A stretch of DNA of 64,000 bases. Source: a virus. Under the pieces are notes generated by a model, which saw only the letters and a program-made list of their open reading frames with translations, ran no database searches and had not been told where the DNA came from. The stretch covers positions 5,251-69,250 of IMG/VR virus record IMGVR_UViG_3300001683_000022. One strand, written 5' to 3'. The translations under genes were made by a program, and so were the position numbers. This document shows positions 20,101 through 29,098 of the stretch, piece by piece; within the stretch, counting starts at the first letter, position 1, and the number at the start of each line of letters is the position of its first letter.

Positions 20101-23100
20101 GTGCTTTAGAGAACAAAGTAGAAAACCAGTTAATAATTAATCGTATTACAAGACTATTTAACCATGTTAATGATAGCCTTTCAGAAGCGGATAGGACTAA
20201 GTATGCGTACATTTTTGATAACCAAAATCATACAGAAGTAAAAGAGGTTACTGCTTTAGGTTCTGTTGCTACAGGTACTAAGAATAACGGAATAAAAGAA
20301 TTTATAGCATTTGGTATGTCTGAGCCGGGATTTATTAAGTTACTGTCAGAGATGGATACTCCTAAATCCGCTAAGATTTTTGGGGATACTATTTCTGGTA
20401 CCATTTCTAACATATTTAATTTATTAATGGATCTGTGGCAAACCAAAGTAAAGAATAATAATGGTAAGGTTTCTACTGAATTAGATTTATTAGTAGCTAA
20501 GCTTTCTACGGCTCATATCAAGCAATCAAATATTTTATTTAGACAATTTGAGATCACTAACGGTATGGATCTTAAAGCTGCCCAGATTATTAGAGATACG
20601 GTATTGGCTCCTATACATAAATTCTTATCTAGTCAGGCAGTACAAAATTCTAAGAAGAAATCCATAAGCAATATAGGTAAGATTGCTGAGAAGATAACTA
20701 AAGTATCATTTAAAGGCTTCCAGAGGGCTGTAGGAGACTCTTTACTACTAGCGGATATAACCGAGAAGAGTTTACTTAGAAGCCTTGTTACAGAGGCTGT
20801 AGGTAATACAGTGGATGTTGCTAAATACCATACATTATTAAGTGCGTCTAAAAAGTTTATAGACACTCTCAGAGAGGAGATAGCTACCACGGTAGATAAG
20901 TTCCTTAGAGAATCTTTTGTCGGTGGCTCTGTGGATGCAAAGACCTCTGTAGCTATTACTAAAGTAATACTTAAAGGCGACATGGAAGCTCTATTTAATT
21001 TGTATGAAGTAGAGCAGATACAAGATTATTTGGATAATGAGAATAAACTAAATACACAAATACAAACCGTAGAAGATAGGTTGGTTACCCGTACTGAAGG
21101 AAATTATTACATAAACAACTCTCGTAGCTTAGGCCATTTTATGGTTACAGGGCAGCATTTAATTGATGGGGCTGGGCTACATAACGTAGAACAAATAGCT
21201 AAGCAATTATCCATTAGAAAAGGTAGGAATCTTGAGCAAGACCAGAAAAGTCTTAAAGAGGATTTAACTAGACTCTCTAGATTATATGCTTTGAAATATT
21301 CTTCTACTGCACATAAGGACTTAGTGGCTAAATCCATTAAAGCTGAATTTGCTGAGAGTAAAGAAGAGAATGGTATTCTTAATACTATTAAACAGCACAG
21401 AGATTATAAGAAAGATCAGCTGGATAGAATTTTAGGTGGTAATGAGATTCTGGTTGTGGATGGGGGGATAAAGGAGAATTATAATCCTCATACATCTGCT
21501 GTTATAGCTACTGCTATAGAAGGACAGAAGCTACTTAAACAAGGATTTACTAGATCAGCTAATCCAATCAAAGGAAGTAAATTAGATAAGGGTGGTGTTA
21601 AGTATATGTACTACTCTGATGTAGCGGGGGTAGATACATATAATAAAATGATTGTATCTATGACCAGTAAAAATTCAGAGTTAAGTGATATACCTACTGG
21701 ATACGCATCCGTTGATGGTTTACGTAACTATATGGGACAACAGCTTATATCTAAATTAGATAGGGTTGCACTTGATAAGGAAGTATCTAAACAGAGAAGA
21801 TCCATTATAGTTGATCCGCAGCCATCTTCTTTTATTCCTTCATTTAATAGGAAGGGGGTATTTGTAGGGGCTAAGTATGCTATTACAGAGGCAGAGAAAG
21901 ATTCTATCTTACAAAAGAATAATTCCTTTAGTAATGTTCTTGGTTCAATGTCTGCAAGTATTTCTGATAAGGTGAATACAGAGGCTATTAACAAGGAAGC
22001 TGTAGATATTGCTTATAAAGACTTTAAGGATAACTATGCTAAGAATCCTAATGCATTTGTAGATGTTAGTAAGACTAGTAAAGATCCTGCTTATAGGGAG
22101 ACTTATAATATTCTACCTAGTGAGATGAAGAAATATATGAAGGAGACTTGGGGTACTGATGGATTTTTAATTAGGAGAGAGGTCGTAAGTACTTTCTTCG
22201 GATATAGAAAATTAAGTATTACTAATTGGATTAGACCTAGTACAGATTTAGAAAAAATTAATCATAAAATTACTAGAATCATTGGGGATAGTCTGTATAA
22301 AAACCTAAATTTTAATAAGGTTAAGACGGTAGAAAATGTATGGCAAGAAGTAATAAAGACTACTAAGGACACTATTGTAATTAAGAATCTTTCGACTCTT
22401 ACAGGTAACATAGCTAGTAATAATTGGTTACTTTGGTTGTCTGGTGTGGATAAGGCTGATATTTATAAGTATCAAGCCATAGGTGTAGTTGCTTTACAAT
22501 CCTATTTAAAGGACAGTGTAAAGCTAGGGCAGTTAGAGTTAAGACTTAAACATAACCCTAATGTTGCAGGTATTAAATCTAAGATTAATAATCTTAAGCA
22601 TCAAATAGCTAGTAATCCTGTTAAGCCTATGGTGGATTCAGGTATCTTCCAAACTATTGTAGAGGATATTGCTAATGATACTGAGTTGTACACTTACAAG
22701 AGTAAGTTAGATGAAATTGTTGAGCCATTAACTAATAGAATTAATTCTAAGGTTAAGGAAGGTGTGTCTCAGGTAGCAATGACACATGATACTCAGCTAT
22801 ATAAGTTTTTAAGGGATTCTACCCAGTATAGTGATTTCATCGCTAGATTTGCACTACACCAACATAATCTAAAAAAGGGTATGAGTGAAGCAGATTCTCT
22901 TGTAGATATTGTAGATAGTTTTATTAACTATGACTTACCTACTCATCCTCTGCTTCAGTATGGTAACGATATGGGGTTAATTATGTTTACTAAGTTCTTT
23001 ATCAGGATTCAGAAAGTAATCCTTAAGAAGGTAGGTAAAGCACCTGCAAGATTCTTAGGCTTACAGATGTTGGAAATGTTTACATATAACCAAGCAGATA

Positions 23101-23213
23101 TAACAGATGCAATTGGGACTCCAGATGCAATTTATAATAAATTTCATTTTAATCCGGTGACCCTAATTACACCCATTGTTTCCGAGCTTCCTGCAGTTCA
23201 GGCTACTTATTAG
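17160..23213 (+). CDS. virion RNA polymerase, catalytic and C-terminal part
   Basis: WRSGR, motif A EIDGITNG, motif B RKLFKYPLMITLFG, motif C NVHDA, HELTH, QYSDFIARF, FINYDLP, MFTKFFIRIQKV. Confidence 0.93.
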   Translation: MMWVTTDKDVSQTLKGTLQDTSTTQREGLLKQSQVENKVFTKMVDMVNLIGRDAILAIIGNVTEDDLSQEHITRRKGIESNNKSLERGVDDFKAFQESLTADEIFYLLHNVWRSGRIGVNGKINNQTNKYMRWMFGPKSWEVEIDVKKNDEKLGQFKLAILESFGIKIEHLKNIEEVESKFQEVYDKFSKNTNMGFVRLHAKKNSEESTSEGVDIIVKAVKDAGEGMHSFAGLIALREYHYAVSEDSKRSTKFTTTLSREIDGITNGVLIGLVLMGGGKNFDEMRPKLEAAGLFPDPTMDYQKWYNAVESGDIVHDDLYEGLTRDIISGKATAKKLITNPKSLIKDHPVHKHYTKLVSLSGNAQNAIDVIDTTFSIVGDIIADGTITKIGRKLFKYPLMITLFGASVNKVADALAEETIEKIYDLGMKAEDTSNNSAKQERLFTEVNNYIATLLGNTETKIVNGRARDFTFTPTQVNILSGKVSAMYRGLLQESLEKNYGDFIRNRATFNSVFEVIQRTFDLMFEKKYAEKLKEINANKEGVTPILALSKEATIALVKSLRDFHPSLKHALSDENIETELSFLKGKYKPDYSETHTTQVQYASPHKPERKFYQKSTETGMWEDYIKDDSVTSAVGHGTSYQLEDPGLSPTITLIHNTDSTVPISVFNAGFEVLNVHDASQGALDVIADMAETMNASLATSMFDHDVFGAALASLNRAIDSLDATDKKKIDNLIAGSGGSSLNPLSNYFLDSNGDGIFLSLEEYIDSIQGVGEEANLVTAEINDRVGKVANYSGMVGSNRGKSTDSTSGHDSDVTNLIEEVNEGKPLTLEEYFDKQRKEHDLSDSTEPSQTVIASWMKGYDQLGSTDKAQPFDFKGEPTRKLTGANTESTFESLGKIDKQNSDSTAHTTHLRGVIHNLINKVITPLELYVQRTKEQNSGGFDPAYNRMVVNVSNTTSPTASGIQMSAQTVFVHELTHHITESALENKVENQLIINRITRLFNHVNDSLSEADRTKYAYIFDNQNHTEVKEVTALGSVATGTKNNGIKEFIAFGMSEPGFIKLLSEMDTPKSAKIFGDTISGTISNIFNLLMDLWQTKVKNNNGKVSTELDLLVAKLSTAHIKQSNILFRQFEITNGMDLKAAQIIRDTVLAPIHKFLSSQAVQNSKKKSISNIGKIAEKITKVSFKGFQRAVGDSLLLADITEKSLLRSLVTEAVGNTVDVAKYHTLLSASKKFIDTLREEIATTVDKFLRESFVGGSVDAKTSVAITKVILKGDMEALFNLYEVEQIQDYLDNENKLNTQIQTVEDRLVTRTEGNYYINNSRSLGHFMVTGQHLIDGAGLHNVEQIAKQLSIRKGRNLEQDQKSLKEDLTRLSRLYALKYSSTAHKDLVAKSIKAEFAESKEENGILNTIKQHRDYKKDQLDRILGGNEILVVDGGIKENYNPHTSAVIATAIEGQKLLKQGFTRSANPIKGSKLDKGGVKYMYYSDVAGVDTYNKMIVSMTSKNSELSDIPTGYASVDGLRNYMGQQLISKLDRVALDKEVSKQRRSIIVDPQPSSFIPSFNRKGVFVGAKYAITEAEKDSILQKNNSFSNVLGSMSASISDKVNTEAINKEAVDIAYKDFKDNYAKNPNAFVDVSKTSKDPAYRETYNILPSEMKKYMKETWGTDGFLIRREVVSTFFGYRKLSITNWIRPSTDLEKINHKITRIIGDSLYKNLNFNKVKTVENVWQEVIKTTKDTIVIKNLSTLTGNIASNNWLLWLSGVDKADIYKYQAIGVVALQSYLKDSVKLGQLELRLKHNPNVAGIKSKINNLKHQIASNPVKPMVDSGIFQTIVEDIANDTELYTYKSKLDEIVEPLTNRINSKVKEGVSQVAMTHDTQLYKFLRDSTQYSDFIARFALHQHNLKKGMSEADSLVDIVDSFINYDLPTHPLLQYGNDMGLIMFTKFFIRIQKVILKKVGKAPARFLGLQMLEMFTYNQADITDAIGTPDAIYNKFHFNPVTLITPIVSELPAVQATY

Positions 23214-23385
23214 CTTCTTTCTCTGTTTCGCAATAATCTATGTAGACTTTAATACCTATGTAGATTGTTGCAAATACAGAAACCATTCCCACTAGGATAA
23301 CTAACACCGGCATAAACATTATTAAGCAAAGAATAAATATCAATACTAATAAGGCTAATATCCCTGCCGCTATATCCTTAACCAT
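23203..23385 (-). CDS. small membrane protein
   Basis: Two hydrophobic segments; last gene of the middle operon. Confidence 0.65.
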   Translation of the reverse strand: MVKDIAAGILALLVLIFILCLIMFMPVLVILVGMVSVFATIYIGIKVYIDYCETEKEANK

Positions 23386-23663
23386 TACCGATTAAAAATA
23401 TTAGTATCATCTGAAGGTTCTTCTGCCGTTACTTGCTCCTCTTCCTCTACAGTATCTTCTACATAGGTATTTTGTGCTATAGATTGGATTTGTGCTGTAG
23501 GGGTAGAGATATCAATATTAGCTGAGAAGCCATTAGAACCTCTTCCTGCTGTGATAGATACATCTACGTCCTTACCTTTAAGAGATAAGCCTTGTGCTGC
23601 TACATACGCTACTAGAGCATCTCTGATGGCTTCTGCATCTACTGTTATGGACAATTTTGCCAT
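23385..23663 (-). CDS. conserved N4-like hypothetical protein
   Basis: I..AL..YV..QG...ITAGRGSNG.SA.I plus acidic tail. Confidence 0.75.
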   Translation of the reverse strand: MAKLSITVDAEAIRDALVAYVAAQGLSLKGKDVDVSITAGRGSNGFSANIDISTPTAQIQSIAQNTYVEDTVEEEEQVTAEEPSDDTNIFNR

Positions 23664-23691
23664 TGTTTTTCCTTAATTAAATTAAAATAAA

Positions 23692-23860
23692 GTAGTCTTT
23701 CCTACCAGTCAAATAGTCACTTATGGGGGATATGTTTTCAACACCAATTCACTGAAAGCCTACCCTTATTCCTTTTACGGCTTATTGAGGTTTGGTCGGA
23801 GTGCGTATAAGCCTATCTGCAGAAGTTATTTACCCCACTGGTTCTGCTATGGGTGGTCAT
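23692..23860 (-). ncRNA. candidate structured non-coding RNA
   Basis: Intergenic, with several stems and a possible pseudoknot (see findings). Confidence 0.45.
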
Positions 23861-23871
23861 CTAAAGCTAAC

Positions 23872-24351
23872 TTAAATCCTATACTTGTATGCAGCATATA
23901 CAGCAATCATTAGGGCATCACTCCGTCCGTCTAAGAGTCCCCCCCTTGGGCCATATATATCAGCATCTGGAAACATACGTTCACAAATACCTGCCACATC
24001 TTTCTTTATTTCTTTACCTTTTGCCTTTACTCCCACATGCTTCTGCCATATTTTAGGGGTTACCCTATCAATACCAGCGCCTGTGCCTTGGATTATTCCG
24101 GTAATTAAACCTGTATTATATCCAAAGTTAAAATTACTTTTAGCAGATACACCAAAGATTGAATGTACATCCTCAATCACGGTAATTACTAAATTTAGTT
24201 CTGACTGCGCTTGACTAAAGAACTGTGCAATATCTTTTGGTTTAGCCACAGTAGACATAAAATGAATCTTCTTGGTTTCAGGTATATATATACAGATGGA
24301 TCCTGAGGCTCCAGGATCCACTGAACCGTATGCTGTAAGCATCTTAGTCAT
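23872..24351 (-). CDS. RuvC-like Holliday junction resolvase
   Basis: VDPGASG, VIEDVHS, FNFG, VTPKIWQK, DGRSDALMIA. Confidence 0.88.
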   Translation of the reverse strand: MTKMLTAYGSVDPGASGSICIYIPETKKIHFMSTVAKPKDIAQFFSQAQSELNLVITVIEDVHSIFGVSAKSNFNFGYNTGLITGIIQGTGAGIDRVTPKIWQKHVGVKAKGKEIKKDVAGICERMFPDADIYGPRGGLLDGRSDALMIAVYAAYKYRI

Positions 24352-24364
24352 ATATATAACTTAT

Positions 24365-25084
24365 TTAAGACCTATCAAACATACCTGATTTAGTTCCTGT
24401 AGGGGCTCCTAAGGTAGCTCCTGAAGCTTTTACACCTACAGATCTATTACGAGTCTTGCCATCCCATCTTTCTTTCCATGTGTCAATAAAAGAGGCAACA
24501 GCTACCTGAGCTTTTAACTCTACAGTTGTCATACGGTCTGAAGTACGAAATACTTTATCCACTTCATTTTCATCACGCGTTTCACCTGATGGGACATACT
24601 TACCTTCACCATTCTTAATGTTCTTATCAACAGTTTGCTTAATTACACCTAGAGTAATATCTTGGTTTAATAAATCCATAATCATTAAGACTTTAGTAGG
24701 TACTTCTTTACGTAAAGAAAAGTCAAAAACATTAACCATTTTCTCTTCAGTATCTAACTCTGTAATACCTTTACCTACAGACAATAAACCAATGTCATCT
24801 ACTGCTGTATAGCCAGGCAAGAAATGTTCAGTACCATTTCTATCTTTATATGTAGTTTTTTGGCCTTTAGCTTTACCGCTAGTTACCCAGAATGTTTGGC
24901 GCAATGTATTACCATTACCTTTAAAGGTAATATTTACACTGGTAGCTCCACCAGCACTTTCACCAAAATAGGCTGTATCAATCTTTAAATCATGGATACC
25001 TGTTTCTAATAAGAAGCTTCCACCTACTGTGTCTCTGGCTTCTGCTACATTTGAAGGTACTGCTACTTTTGTTAATGGGTTCAT
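24365..25084 (-). CDS. single-stranded DNA-binding protein (N4 gp45-like)
   Basis: FWVTSG, FLPGY, GETRDENEVDKVF; synteny. Confidence 0.85.
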   Translation of the reverse strand: MNPLTKVAVPSNVAEARDTVGGSFLLETGIHDLKIDTAYFGESAGGATSVNITFKGNGNTLRQTFWVTSGKAKGQKTTYKDRNGTEHFLPGYTAVDDIGLLSVGKGITELDTEEKMVNVFDFSLRKEVPTKVLMIMDLLNQDITLGVIKQTVDKNIKNGEGKYVPSGETRDENEVDKVFRTSDRMTTVELKAQVAVASFIDTWKERWDGKTRNRSVGVKASGATLGAPTGTKSGMFDRS

Positions 25085-25094
25085 TTATTTTTTC

Positions 25095-25358
25095 CTATTT
25101 TAAAATTGTTTCTGATAATTTACATAGAGCTACAGTCTTTTCAGATATAATAATTTTAGCCCCTGTTTTGGGATGTCTACCTGATCTTTCTGCACGTAGT
25201 TTAGTAGAATATTTTCCAAAACCTACGAGGACTACTTCTCCTCCATTTTTTAATTCTTCAGTTATTTGGGCTGTAATACTATCCAAAATTAAACCAACAG
25301 TACGTTGACTTTCCTCAGATGTTTTAGCAACTGCTTGAACTAATTCTCGCTTATTCAT
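25095..25358 (-). CDS. HU/IHF-family DNA-binding protein
   Basis: MNKRELVQAVA, V.LVGFGKY, RAERSGRHPKTG. Confidence 0.93.
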   Translation of the reverse strand: MNKRELVQAVAKTSEESQRTVGLILDSITAQITEELKNGGEVVLVGFGKYSTKLRAERSGRHPKTGAKIIISEKTVALCKLSETILK

Positions 25359-25365
25359 ATGTTTC

Positions 25366-25554
25366 CTATTTATAAAATAAAATTCTTTTACTTAAAATTG
25401 CACCATACATTTCCATATGGAACATTTGAGTACCTAAATATGCTTGCTCTATTAATGGCAATTCTTTAAAGGCATCTGTAGTAAGAAATCCTAATAATGC
25501 AGACATCTTAGTTTGTAATTCCTCTAGTTCATGGATCGTTCTTTCTATATGCAT
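25366..25554 (-). CDS. small helical-hairpin protein (crAss001_48-like)
   Basis: ER...EL.EL..K...L..FL....F..L...EQ..L..Q...M..Y..IL.KRI pattern (from recall). Confidence 0.6.
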   Translation of the reverse strand: MHIERTIHELEELQTKMSALLGFLTTDAFKELPLIEQAYLGTQMFHMEMYGAILSKRILFYK

Positions 25555-25568
25555 TTCTGTTAATCCTC

Positions 25569-26291
25569 TTAATTATAATAGTCGTGAAGTCTATCCACCA
25601 CTAATTGAATATCATTATCAATATATGTCTCTTTAGTCTCCCACATACCTAAAGATCCTCGAATACGTTCATTAACAGTTTCTTTAGTTAGTTTGGTTTG
25701 ATATACATACTTAAAACCTAACATTTCTTCTTCTTCTGTTATGTTTAAAAGTCCTGAGGTGTAACCCTCAAGTCTCTTAAGAGGTACTTTTTTGGTACTT
25801 ACTACAGTAGCGAAATAGCTCTCAATACCTTGATTCATTAATGATCCTTTTACCTTAACTAAGGTTTCCGATATCATTTCAGATTCATTCATTACATCCA
25901 TGGTATGCGCAGTAAAGATTACATTCTTAGAAGATTTAGCTACATACTGAGACATAAGATTCTTAAAGAATTGGGCATACTCCCCCCATGCTTTCATTCC
26001 ATTGGTTGCAGTAAGTACATGCACGGACTCATACATATCCATCATATATGTCATGGAATCTACAATAATAGTATGAATATCTTCTTGGTCTTCAGCTGTT
26101 AGAAACGCTTCGTATACCTGATGAGGGTCAGTGATTATAATTTCCCAAAAGTCATTCTTAAATGGTAAATGTTTACCTGATTCACAGTTAAGGTACATCA
26201 CCCCTTTAGGGTTAGGCATGTTTCGTAAACTGGCACTTTTTCCTGTGGCTGACTTACCACTGATAAGGACTAGATTGTTATTTATACTCAT
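25569..26291 (-). CDS. AAA/Sak4-like ATPase (N4 gp44-like)
   Basis: Walker A GKSATGKS, YLNCESGK.LPF, IIVDS. Confidence 0.9.
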   Translation of the reverse strand: MSINNNLVLISGKSATGKSASLRNMPNPKGVMYLNCESGKHLPFKNDFWEIIITDPHQVYEAFLTAEDQEDIHTIIVDSMTYMMDMYESVHVLTATNGMKAWGEYAQFFKNLMSQYVAKSSKNVIFTAHTMDVMNESEMISETLVKVKGSLMNQGIESYFATVVSTKKVPLKRLEGYTSGLLNITEEEEMLGFKYVYQTKLTKETVNERIRGSLGMWETKETYIDNDIQLVVDRLHDYYN

Positions 26292-28438
26292 TTACTTTCT
26301 CTTTTAATTATTGCTTTAAATACTGAAACCATTATGGTTGCTCCTATTTCCGCATCATCTAACTTATTTGGTAATTTGTTATTTAATGCAAGCACCTGAG
26401 TCTTAATAGCCTCTAGGTCTAAACCAGAGTCAACCAACATTAGGCCATATTTAATTAATTGGTTTGATCTATTACCTTCTGTGGTCTTAGTACAAAACCA
26501 TCTTTCAATATTACTTAACGAGGTGTTGTCTAATGCTACTTGTTTACGTTGTTCATTCTTACTTGTCTTAGGTATAAACAGTAAGGCATCTAATACCTCA
26601 CCATAGTTATACTCAAAATGTCCTGGACAACTTAACCATTTACGAGATCTCTGATTGGTTTGATCGTCTACCCCAAAAGGTAGCCACTCATATACATTTT
26701 TCATGAACTCTTTAAAATCTTTGTTATCCAGCCTAAGTTCATGGGAAATAGGTAAAATAATTCTATATCTATTTACTTTTTCAGTATGCCTTTTAGTTGT
26801 ATGGATTAAATAGGTGTATTCTTTTAATAGTAATTTTGCTGTAGCTAACGAACATCCATCATCTACATCAATTGTTACCATATTAAATCCAGCTATTACG
26901 TTTTCCTCTAATCTATAATTATTAGTAAATGTATGATTTACCCAATGTAATCCTGAGGCATTTGTAAGCTTGTGGAGCTCCGAAAACTTAGCCGACTGTG
27001 GAATGTACCCTTCAGCTAATTGTGTGCTGTAGGATAGCGTCATATGCTCCAGAGTAGTCTCTTTCAGTGACTCTCCCTTAAGAAACTCAATACCATCAAG
27101 ATAATGCTTCTTAATAATAATATTATTCTTGTAGCCATATGCAGTAGCTAAAGTCATCATCTCTCTTTTTTGAGATTCAGATCCTTTATAAAATGCAAGA
27201 TCCTCTACCAGATCCACATGAGTTACTTCTCTTTCTACGGAGGATATATACTTTGCTAATTTCACATAATTACGATCCCTAGTAATAATTTTTGTAAATG
27301 CTACACCAGAATCCTCTGTAAGCTTAATAGCGTTGTATAGTACCTCTTCAGTTATTTCAAAATTGCCTTGGATAAAGGCATAAGTACCTGCAAGTTTAAG
27401 CGTTTTAAAATACCTATGAGATAGTTCAGCTTTTTTAATTTCTTCGTGCTCAGCAAGCTTAGCTGCCCGCATTTCACAATGCATCTTATATTCAATAAGT
27501 AAAATACTTACTTCTTTAGATAGAACTAAAGTTTTATTAAAATTAACGCCATCAGCAATGTTACCTAAGTAATCTGAGATATCTGTTAAAGTATTGACTG
27601 CACTAACATCTGTAAGCATGTCATACACCTGCTCTGCAGTTAAATCACCAGATATAGGATTAAGATCTGATGTACCAAAGAAGCATCTTCTAGCATACCC
27701 AGTGGATAGCATTTCCATAAATTCTTCTTCAACTTTACCCCCGTTAAATAACTTAACAGGTGTACCAAATAGCATCATATTAGTTGGAGTCCTTCCATCT
27801 ATCTCCTCACTTCTGATATTTTCAGCCGTATTCTTAGTAAGTTTCTGCTTAATTTTTCCTACATCGTAGAGTTCTAAATAAGTATTAAGCACCTCAACAT
27901 TACCAACAAGATTTGAACCAATCTCATCTATTTCCATATTCATGGATCCAGCTTCGGCCATAAGAAGCTTATGTCTCATCTGTTTAACTGCTGCAGGTGT
28001 TCCACTATCAAAGGAAAAAGGTAAGTGACCTAAATTATCAAACTCTTTTTGTACCTTAATTAACTCCTCACCCTGATCGCTAGCCTTCTTATTGGATCTA
28101 ACTATGGAAAGCTTGGTTAAATTTATATCTGCCAATAGTGGGAAAGTTTCTCCCATAAATCTTTCCCTAAATTGATTTAATACTTGCTCCTCTAATATAT
28201 TTGTTGCATGACCTTTACCAAAACCAGATACGCCTAAATTAATTGCATACATACTTACAGGTATATCACCTCTATCATGAGTTTTAATATTACATCTCAT
28301 CATAGAAGCTACCTTAGTTAAATAGTACGCAACCAATATCCTAAAAAAGAGTGGCTCATCATTTTGGGTTCTTTGGCACAATACTTTTACTATTTTTTCT
28401 GCAGGTTCAAAGTAATTTATCTTAGTTAGATCTTTCAT
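26288..28438 (-). CDS. DNA primase (N4 gp43-like)
   Basis: P-loop-like GVSGFGKG, FSFDSGT.AAVKQMR, TIDVDDG, HTTKRH, GNRSNQL. Confidence 0.88.
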   Translation of the reverse strand: MKDLTKINYFEPAEKIVKVLCQRTQNDEPLFFRILVAYYLTKVASMMRCNIKTHDRGDIPVSMYAINLGVSGFGKGHATNILEEQVLNQFRERFMGETFPLLADINLTKLSIVRSNKKASDQGEELIKVQKEFDNLGHLPFSFDSGTPAAVKQMRHKLLMAEAGSMNMEIDEIGSNLVGNVEVLNTYLELYDVGKIKQKLTKNTAENIRSEEIDGRTPTNMMLFGTPVKLFNGGKVEEEFMEMLSTGYARRCFFGTSDLNPISGDLTAEQVYDMLTDVSAVNTLTDISDYLGNIADGVNFNKTLVLSKEVSILLIEYKMHCEMRAAKLAEHEEIKKAELSHRYFKTLKLAGTYAFIQGNFEITEEVLYNAIKLTEDSGVAFTKIITRDRNYVKLAKYISSVEREVTHVDLVEDLAFYKGSESQKREMMTLATAYGYKNNIIIKKHYLDGIEFLKGESLKETTLEHMTLSYSTQLAEGYIPQSAKFSELHKLTNASGLHWVNHTFTNNYRLEENVIAGFNMVTIDVDDGCSLATAKLLLKEYTYLIHTTKRHTEKVNRYRIILPISHELRLDNKDFKEFMKNVYEWLPFGVDDQTNQRSRKWLSCPGHFEYNYGEVLDALLFIPKTSKNEQRKQVALDNTSLSNIERWFCTKTTEGNRSNQLIKYGLMLVDSGLDLEAIKTQVLALNNKLPNKLDDAEIGATIMVSVFKAIIKRESK

Positions 28439-29098
28439 TTAATCTCCAAATAATTTCTTAGTGGCCTCTGTAGGTAAAGAATCTCTATAAACACCGTTAG
28501 TCCAAATATTGCTATATGAGGTACTTGATTTATGTAGCCCAAAATGTTTATTTAGATTAGCTACCAAAATCCTATACGGTACGCGGTATCCCAATTCTTT
28601 TCTCATAATGTTATGGGCCGCATATTCTTGACAAATATAATCATGATCTTCTCGAGTAAATATGAATTTATCCATAACCCTCTTAGGTTTTTGTACTTCT
28701 ACTGCGATAGGATTTTCTTCTTCTTCTTCATCGTTTGAACTAAATACATCATTAAACATTTGAGAGGTTTTAGAAGATAAATCATCTAAAGTTTCAGATA
28801 GAGTATTTGTAATTTCTGGTGCAAGTTTATCTACTAAAGCTACTCCTACAGCTACGCCCAAATTCTTCAATAGAAGCTGTAACATGCAATTCTCCTTATA
28901 TTTTTTAAATTCTAATTCTGCTGTATCCCAATAGCTTGGCCCTTCATCAGTTTTAGAGGAATTAAATCCATCAAAAAAATTCGTTACATATACTGTACTT
29001 GTTTTAGTTACTGATCTATCCATGTATTGGCATACTTTTTCTTGTAAATCTTCTTTTATTAAGTACTCCATAAAAATACTATCTACTACTTTTAACAT
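28439..29098 (-). CDS. hypothetical protein with an internal in-frame start at 28885
   Basis: Coupled to both neighbours; internal AAGGAG-N6-ATG. Confidence 0.65.
   Translation of the reverse strand: MLKVVDSIFMEYLIKEDLQEKVCQYMDRSVTKTSTVYVTNFFDGFNSSKTDEGPSYWDTAELEFKKYKENCMLQLLLKNLGVAVGVALVDKLAPEITNTLSETLDDLSSKTSQMFNDVFSSNDEEEEENPIAVEVQKPKRVMDKFIFTREDHDYICQEYAAHNIMRKELGYRVPYRILVANLNKHFGLHKSSTSYSNIWTNGVYRDSLPTEATKKLFGD

Noticed and set aside
1260-22000. Many minus-strand ORFs inside late genes (e.g. 2987-3406, 8328-8681, 20633-20983)
   Set aside because: Antisense shadows of well-supported genes, with no motifs or RBS
23692-23860. Possible tRNA or tmRNA
   Set aside because: No T-arm GTTCRA, cloverleaf or CCA end; kept only as an unknown structured RNA
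25366-25554. Calling this ORF Acb2
   Set aside because: It lacks the Acb2-type GYR.L N-terminal and A.A.P C-terminal motifs as I recall them
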